Shown here in pieces: positions 53,039 to 64,000 of a stretch of DNA of 64,000 nt. Position numbers and translations under genes: made by a program. The stretch is from the human T2T-CHM13v2.0 reference genome, Homo sapiens. The notes below the pieces were generated by a model. It had not been told where the DNA came from, searched no databases, and saw only the letters and a list, made by a program, of their open reading frames with translations. Numbering within the stretch: position 1 is the first letter of the stretch; each line of letters opens with the position of its first letter. The stretch is from assembly GCF_009914755.1 (NCBI RefSeq), contig NC_060933.1; one strand, 5' to 3'.

Positions 53039-53088
53039 ACCATTCCTGTCTGTGTTTTTCTACCATTCCTGTCTGTGTTTTTCTACCA
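53039..53088 (+). repeat. Perfect 23-bp tandem duplication
   Basis: accattcctgtctgtgtttttct x2 plus acca. Confidence 0.97.
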
Positions 53089-53249
53089 AAGTGTGCTCTT
53101 GAAGTTCTGCATTTCCCAGGGTAAGTGGTAGGGTCTTCCAAGGAGTTGGGAAGGAATGGGTAAGCAGGTGGCCATGGCTCTTTTGTCTTTTCTATATTTT
53201 GGGGTTTCTCATAAGGATATTTTCAAAGAAAGGGACACACACACACAGA

Positions 53250-53500
53250 GGTGTTAGAATCAGGCAATCCGGTCTAAATTTCAGCTCTGCCAGTGACACT
53301 CTAAGTGTGTGACTTTGCATAAGTTACTCATCTCTGTAGGACTATTTTCTTATGGGTTAAAATGAAGATGATAACAAGTGCCTCATGGAAATACTTTACA
53401 GAACTTTATAGAACGCGGTGAGGATCCAATGAGATAACCTATGTGATAAGAATTTGTCACAGTGCCTGGCACATAGTAGGAACTTATTAAAAGTTTATTT
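53250..53500 (+). mobile_element. MIR
   Basis: tgtgtgactttgcataagttactc...gtgaggatccaatgagataa...cacagtgcctggcacatagtagg. Confidence 0.85.
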
Positions 53501-53943
53501 TCATCCTCATTTCCCTTTCGTCCTCTTCTTCCCATTCTTACTGCCTTCCCCTTTCCCTGTCTTCTGACGTCACCTTAGGGGTAGCTGGTGCAGGTCTAGA
53601 TGTTCACAGAGATTGATCTAAGTTGTGGCAATTGTTGTCCCTTCTACATGGACCCGCCCCCTTTCCTTGAGTCTCTTGTGGAAGTGACTGCCTGTGAGAG
53701 ACGACGCCAGCTGGTAGAGGGATTGTGACCTCTGAGAGAGGCCTCCACTTTTCTGAGCAGGAAAAACTGGGATGACCTTGGCTGCCCCACCTTGGGAACT
53801 GCACTCCTGGGAACATCATGATACTGGCAGGAACAATGAGGCCGAGGGTGGGGGGCAGAAGAAATGCTTCTCTTTTTAATTACCTGCAGAGCAAACTCAT
53901 TGTGAATACTCTCCTAAATGCAAACATGGAGAACTGGTACCTA

Positions 53944-54320
53944 CTGTAGTCAGAAATTTTGAGTGCCAAGTTACAGGGACACAACTCAAATTGGTTTAAG
54001 CATAGAGAGGGAATAATTGGTTAAGGAGCCAAAAATCCACATGGCTTCACAATGGCTGTTTTCAGTCACTAAACCCATGTCTTCAGAATCTGTCTCTCAA
54101 TCTCAGCTCTTCCTTCTTAGGCAGGTCCTCCTCTTGTTGCAGCAAGATAGTCACTAACAATGCCAGGAGTTTTTCTACCACCTTTGCAACCACAGCTAAA
54201 AGCATCCCTTTTCTGCTGGTTCCAGCAAGAATTCCCAGACTGAGTCATCTGTCCATCCTGACCAAATTCCTGTAGGGAGTGGGACACACTTGTTCTGATT
54301 GGCCAGGCCTCCCTGCTGGA
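53944..54320 (-). mobile_element. Old MLT1 LTR (K/L-like)
   Basis: gtagtcag...caactcaaattggtttaagc...ttctgattggccaggcct. Confidence 0.6.
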
Positions 54321-54759
54321 AGGAGAGATTAACCAAATATAGGGTAAATTTAGGTAGTGTTACCAGAAGAAGGGATATTAAGGACACACAAAACAACAAG
54401 TGTTTCCTCCGGGCTCAGTACTTTCATGTATTTTCTTATAAAATATCTAAATCTTACAAAGAAAGGACATGTTTCTAGGTATCCTTGTGCCTACAACATA
54501 AACATAAGAATATTTCAGGCCCATGAAAAATCTAATTATTAGCCTATTTGCCCTATCAAACTACACAGTGATAAAATAATGAAATTAATATCAGTTTTTG
54601 CTTCACCTATGCAATTATTAAATTATCTGGATAGATCTTTGTTTCTAACTCATAAATAGGTTAACTTGGCAAGCATCAAAAAACATAGGAAGCCATGGGT
54701 GATGGTTAGTTTTTGTTTATTCCTAATTTTTTTGTTGCTTTTAATTTCATCACAAGAGA

Positions 54760-55516
54760 TGGTTAGTTTTATGTGTCAATTTAGATAGACTATAGCACAA
54801 AGTTGTTCAACCAAACAGGAATCTAGGTCTTCCTGTGAAGGCGTTATGTAGTGGTTAGCGTCCACAATCAGTGAACTTAAGTAAGAGATTGTTCTTGAGT
54901 GTGGATGGGCCTCATCCACAAGTTGAATAGCTTAGTGGAAAAAAACATGGTTTCTCTGAGGGAGAAGAAATTCCACCTTTGGACCACAGAGTCAGCTCCT
55001 GCCCAAGAGTTTCCAGCCTGCCAAGCTGCCCTGCAGATCCACGAACTGCACAAACCCACCCTCCTTCCTCCAAATACACAGTAACGTGGCACATACTGAG
55101 GTTTCAGTTGACATCTATGACGGTGGTCCCATAAGATTAGAATACTGTATTTTTTTACCATACCTTTTCTATGTTTAGACATGTTTGGATACACAAATAC
55201 CATTGTGTTATAGTTGTCTACTGTATACAGTAGAGTAACATGTTGAGAGAAACAGGGTATACCCTATAGCCTAGATGTGTAGTAGGCTATACCATCTAGG
55301 TTTGTGTAAGTACACTCAGTGATGTTTGCATAGTGACAAAACTGCCTAATGATGCATTTCTTAGAATGTATCCCTATTGTTAAGTGACACATGACTGTAT
55401 ACACACACACACACACACACACGTATGTGTATACATATATGTATGTATTTGTATATATATAGGTATAAACATATCTCCTACTGGTTCCGTTTCTCTGTTA
55501 GAACCATGACTGATAG
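54760..55516 (+). mobile_element. MLT2 (ERVL) LTR, split by Tigger3
   Basis: gatggttagtttttatgtgtcaa...gtggatgggcctcatcca...ctcctactggttccgtttctctg...gaaccatgactgata. Confidence 0.8.
55079..55397. mobile_element. Tigger3a/MER7-like (TcMar-Tigger)
   Basis: ggtggtcccataagatt; gtagtaggctataccatctaggtttgtgtaagtacactc; right TIR taagtgacacatgactg followed by TA. Confidence 0.88.
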
Positions 55517-55989
55517 ACCATAGAATGTTAAAATGTGTTCTGTAGTTGAAAAATGACATTGGTCATGCTGCCAGTGAGATTCAAGTCAAAGTTGAGGCAC
55601 AAACCCATTCTCCTTTAGTATGCAAGTTGTTTAATATGCATGCACCTATAGTGTAGTTGCTGAAAAAACACATTTTCCAACAATGGTACCACTTTTTATG
55701 GGCCCCTGAAAAACAGTGTCACTGCAATACTTGAAACAAATACTTGATAATACTTGAAATATAGCACCTTTCTACTGAGGAAGTTAAACAACTTTGCAGG
55801 AATTATCTCATGATCTACATGTGATGCTAATGAGGTAGGTGGCAAATATGATCAGCCCCACTTTATAGACGGAAATTGGGACACAGTGGATGTGACTTGG
55901 CCCAAAGCTGTGTTGAAACTCACTAACAAACTAGGGATAGAAAAAGGAGTTTTGCAGGCTTCAAGCCTGCAAGCTTTTTCAAGGTGTAT

Positions 55990-56155
55990 TCTCTCTATCC
56001 CTCCTATGAGAATCACTTGGAATTATTAAAATGCAGATTCCTGAACTCTGTCCTAGATGCACTGAATCAGAATTCTGGCATGGGGACCAAAGAGTCTGCC
56101 ATGTTGGTGAGATTCTTGGGTGAGTCTTGATATGGTAAAGTCTGAGAACCACCTT
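55990..56155. mobile_element. MER5A-like
   Basis: gaatcacttgga...aaaatgcagattcctg...ctgaatcagaattct...aagtctgagaaccac. Confidence 0.75.
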
Positions 56156-56320
56156 GTTAGGTGTAGCTTTTCACCTTGTCTATATCTCAACTGTTTGACT
56201 TTGTAAATACATAAATTGAAAAATTTAGGAAGTAAATAACTGGCTTTTCTGGGTCAATTAGGAAAGAAAAAAAAACGAAAAGAAAAAATACTGGTTTACT
56301 TTTTTAAAAAAGCGTACTTT

Positions 56321-59690
<3,370 letters not shown>

Positions 59691-60850
59691 AGTACTTTTA
59701 ATGCTTCCTACTATTTCCAAAGAGGTTTTTAAAGAAAATGAGGCGATCTATAAGTCACTGATGGGTACAGTCTATCCAATTCCTGGTCTCCATTTATTGG
59801 TATTTGTGCACTGTTTTGCTTTCTTAACCCTTCAACCTTGCCTGAGAGCCCTCTCCTGCTGCCTCCTAGGGTCTCTCTGGGCCCTTTAGCCAAACAAATG
59901 CAGACAACATTGACAACATTGGCAAGCCAAGAACATTTTTGCTACAGTAGCCCTGACAGGAATTGTACAGGAGCTCTTAAGCTGTCTCTAAGACCAGGGG
60001 ATATCTGACAGGGCGAATTCACCTTGGCAAAAACATTTGATCCACTGGCCAAACAAACTCAGTTGGTGATGATGCAAACATTGGCTGAAGCTTATAGCTT
60101 TTATGTCCTTACCTTTTTGTCGTTGTTTTATTTTTTAAAAGTTTGATAAAAGGAGGTTCCTGTACAACAGAAGTTCTTAAAGACAACAAAAGCTTACCTT
60201 TCTATAATAGAAAAAGAGGTTAGGCTATATTTGAACATCTTACATCCTCCATAGAATCTAGAATATTACTGCATACACTCTCTGTGTTTATAGGAGACCT
60301 TTGTAAAAACAGAGACCACAAGATCTATTAGGGAGGTGCCATTGATGTGGCCAGTGACTGGGTCGGTCCTACGAGTTAGCAGCCATCACCGCCCACCCCC
60401 TGCACTGAAACTTGTCCTCCTCAGTCTGCAGTTGACTTGCACATAGGATCACAAGGTAAATAAGGGAAAGAGGGTGAATAGAGCACACTTTGGCTTGACA
60501 CTTTAGGCAAAGCCCTACTTAGCAGAAAATGACTCAAACCCTTACGACCTAAGGTACAAAATTCTAGGTTCAGTCCCTGGAATCCCGTTTTATAACCCTT
60601 TCCCCAAAATACCAAAATAGATGATGCAAATAATTTAAAATGAAACTCAAATAATACACTTTCACAAACCTTTAATTATGTAAAGCTAAACAGTGTTAAG
60701 AGTTCTGTTGTGATCATGGAAAACTGGGAATACAAATGCCCATTTGTGTGGAAATGTTTATGGAATTTTTATAGAATGAAACTCTATGTAAATGGTAATT
60801 AAATGAAGTATATCTACCTGTGTGGACATAGATAATAATATCTAGTGTGT

Positions 60851-61005
60851 ATTTTTTTTTTTATACTTTAAGTTGTGGGATACATGTGCAGAACGTGCAG
60901 GTTTCTTGCATAGATATACACGTGCCATGGTGGTTTGCTGCACCCATCAACCCGTCATCTACGTTAGGTATTTCTTCTAATGCTATCCCTCCCCAGCCCC
61001 CAACC
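60851..61005 (-). mobile_element. Short L1PA (PA7-like) 3' end
   Basis: ttttatactttaagttgtgggatacatgtgcagaacgtgcagg...tgctatccctcccc. Confidence 0.9.
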
Positions 61006-61028
61006 AACACAAATTGTGAAAGGCTACA

Positions 61029-61213
61029 CAGACGCTCCTTGGCTTACCATCATGTTATGTCCCAATAAACCCATCATAATTTGAAAATATTGTAAGCCAA
61101 AAGTGCATCTGGATGGAAGTCAAGCAGATAAAGAGCATACTGAGTGCATATCACTTTCACACCGTTGAAGTAAAAAATTCAGAAGTTGAACCATTGTAAA
61201 TCAGAACTGTTTG
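61029..61213. mobile_element. MER47/Tigger5-like MITE
   Basis: cagacgctccttggcttac...ccaataaacccatc...aagttgaaccattgtaaatcagaactgtttg followed by TA. Confidence 0.75.
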
Positions 61214-61523
61214 TAGTCTGATGCTGTTTTGCAAAGTAATAACAACCAGACATGTAAGCATATGGAAGCACAGAAAACCTAGAGGGCTATGCACCTAATG
61301 GTTAAGAGATTTGGGACCACAGGAGATATTCGCTTTCTACATTATGATTTTCTCTTATGTTTGAATTTCCTGTAACAAACACAATTCTTTTCTTAATCAG
61401 AGCAAATTTTAGGTGTTAAAAAATGAAATGCTGGAAATTTCCTTCTGGGGGATTTTTCCACATGGGCTAGACTAGTTGAGGTGTCCTATAATGCAGTCTA
61501 ATATAGAGGTTGAACAATGTGTG

Positions 61524-61917
61524 GTGCTAGTCTGGGTTTTCAGTGAAGCAGGTGCTGGGACAGAGTCATGAGTGCAGAAGGCTTATGGGCTGTCACACCT
61601 GTGAAGGGCGGAAGCAGTGCTCCATGGAGGAAGCCATCGCACCTGCTGCAGACCTGACTCTCCCACCTCCCAGGGAAGCTCTGGAGCCCAGAGGCCCATT
61701 AGACCCATGCTGGGCCCTTGTACTGAGCCCTGTATCACTTTCTTACACAGTCGTTTTCTGAGGGTCACCCGAGAAGAGCATGGCCTGGACTGAACACTGA
61801 AGCAAACACTGACAGAGGTGACACTTGGAGGCTGTCAGCTCACCAGGCCCCTCCAAGCGGCAGGGCAAGTCTTTTCCTGAATGGGCATCTCAGCTGTGCT
61901 TTTCCACTTCTGCCGCA
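61524..61917 (-). mobile_element. LTR16-family (ERVL) solo LTR
   Basis: Reverse strand starts tgcggcagaagtgga...cagctgagatgcccattcaggaaaagacttgcc; gagctgacagcctccaag. Confidence 0.75.
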
Positions 61918-62234
61918 GTGCCTTTTTCACTTCTCTGTGTACAAGCTTAGGCTTTATTTATGGAAAAGATGATTTGGGGTGAAATCCTGCACTTTTCCCT
62001 ATGTGATCCACAACACTTTCTAACCATGTCAATTCTACTTCAGCTGTATTATGAAAACAGTGTTTAAGAAGTGGCTTATTGTATGTGAAAGTTATAAAGG
62101 ATAAAGTTATTTATGTTAGTCAGAATATATAAATATGTGTCAGAACACTTTTGTGAACTCCAAATAATTTCTGAGAAGATACTGGAAAAATATCAATGAC
62201 AAATAATTAAATATACAAATGACTTTATATTTAT

Positions 62235-62400
62235 TCACATTTCCTCTTCACAACAGCCCTTTGAAGAAGTTGCTGTTATTCCCATTTTACAGATGAGGAA
62301 ACTAAAGCACAAAGTGGTTAAGTGACTTCTCCAAGTCAGTTAGTAACAGGTAGAGTCAGGATTTGAACCCAGGGAGTGTGGCTTCAGAGTTCATATTTGT
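62235..62400 (-). mobile_element. MIR
   Basis: cccattttacagatgaggaaactaaagcac...ggttaagtgactt...ggatttgaacccagg. Confidence 0.88.
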
Positions 62401-64000
62401 AAATAACACAATCAACTGCCTCTTCTGTAAACTGAGCATGTTCACCACAAGTTGGAGGTGACAGCATGTGCAGAAGAAAACTAAGCATCTGTACATTAGG
62501 TAAGAATGGCCATGAAGACGGGGCCCGAAGGATACCAAGGCAATGAGCTGGCAGGCCTCAGCTGCAGATGGGGATGGAGCAGGCCCTACATAGGCTGGAC
62601 CTGGAGACCAATGCTCTAATCTCCATATGGTGGACTCCTCCTATTGGACAGAGAGAAACTTTAATTAGCTGCCTCCAAATGGAGTTTGCCTCCAAATGGC
62701 CATTCTTGGGTTTTCTAGACTAATGCGAAAGTTTTCACCGTGTTCCAAATTTTTCCTGTGGGTACATCTTCCTATCTGAGATGCCTGTGAGAACATACCT
62801 AACCATTCCCCTTGGAACATAAAAGGATGACTCTCACTGTGAAATAAGGTGAGAAACATTTCTTTCTGCCTGCTCATTCATGGGGCCTGAGAATCTCTTG
62901 GAATTGCCATAAAAATCTTCAGAGTTCCATATTGTTTCCACGGCCCTCCTCATCTCCCTTTGCTATTGTTCTCTGAAATGAAGGTATGGCTGATAAACTG
63001 TCTTCTTCAAAGATTTGCCTTTTTCCTCAATCCCTAAGTAGTGTTGAAGCAAAAATTCTATTTCAAAGAAAATTACTGAGAGTTCTAATTACAGTTATTG
63101 AAATCCAAATTCTACACAGCACTCTCTTCAATTATGAACAGTGTTCATAAGTAGGGTCACTTATCTAGAAAATTATTAAAAATTCAATGTACATGAAAGC
63201 CTCAAAAGTCCTTGAAAGGCAAATGTTAGGAAAGGGCTGTTTCCATGACAACATCTCCTCATCCTCTTTGATCCCTTGCTGCCCATTTTCTAGTAAACAC
63301 CTACTTTGAATTGCAACTTTCTTATTTAATAATTTCAACAAACGTTGGGAAAATGTGTTGCTCATTCTCCATCAGTGATTAGAATTTTCCTGAATTTTGA
63401 TATCATGCTAACCAGTCCTTTCCCAAAGCCATCCTTTACTGGAGTAGAAAATGTTCTCCTTACTCTACCTTTTCTAAAAGATTTAAAGAATGAGAGTATC
63501 TTTGCTGCAATACTTTCTTGGCTCAGAGACAAGTGGATTTGCAGTGTCTGATAATGTTCCACACAATAACATATTTTCCCTTTTCACAATTAAGTTTATC
63601 ATCTAACTGCCTAGCCTATCATTCAAAAAATAAATTGTCATGGATTTCATTGACTTTACATCAATCTGTTGGTTCATTGGTCAAATCATCAGGGCATTGC
63701 AGACGCATGTTTGGGAACTCACTTTTAATAGGAAAGGAGAGGCAAGGAAGCAGGTATGTCATAATCACAAGTCTGAGATTGATTGCATTAAAAAATAATT
63801 TCAGCAAAAGTCTGTATCATCACCTTTGTGCTTGAAGAGCAGCAAGTGATACAACCCCAAGCCACTAACATATATGGCAAGAAGGAGAAGCAGAAGAAAA
63901 CCAGGGAAAAGAAAAAGCAGATACTCATTGCCCTAAGAAAAATAATTTTGTAATCACAAAATTAAATTACTCTGCTGTGAATCCCAGTGAAGAAATGGCC

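Larger units (their letters stand above)
60715..61425 (+). mobile_element. Old L1ME 3'UTR hosting the L1PA and MER47 insertions
   Basis: aaaactgggaatacaaatgcccat...aaactctatg; tatgtttgaatttcctgtaac. Confidence 0.5.

Overview
Mammalian, primate-type (human-like) non-coding genomic DNA: CpG-depleted, AT-rich and dominated by interspersed repeats. These include eight Alus (J, S, Y types), a 3.3-kb 5'-truncated L1PA, a ~5.6-kb ancient L1M, many L2 and MIR fragments, MaLR/ERVL solo LTRs and hAT/Tigger DNA-transposon fossils. I found no recognisable protein-coding gene: ORF-track hits are Alu/L1-derived, low-complexity or chance ORFs. There is no CRISPR, operon, tRNA or rRNA, and I see no convincing new multi-gene system. 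The most interesting signals are small-scale: an L1 with a 33-bp inverted 5'UTR piece at its 5' junction, two palindromic templated-insertion scars, a probable AmnSINE1 relic, a tailless U2 snRNA retrocopy, a 54-bp dispersed duplication in unique DNA, candidate plus-strand exons and repeat-free enhancer-like blocks. Repeat subfamily calls come from remembered consensus motifs, not from a search, and boundaries of old repeats are approximate.
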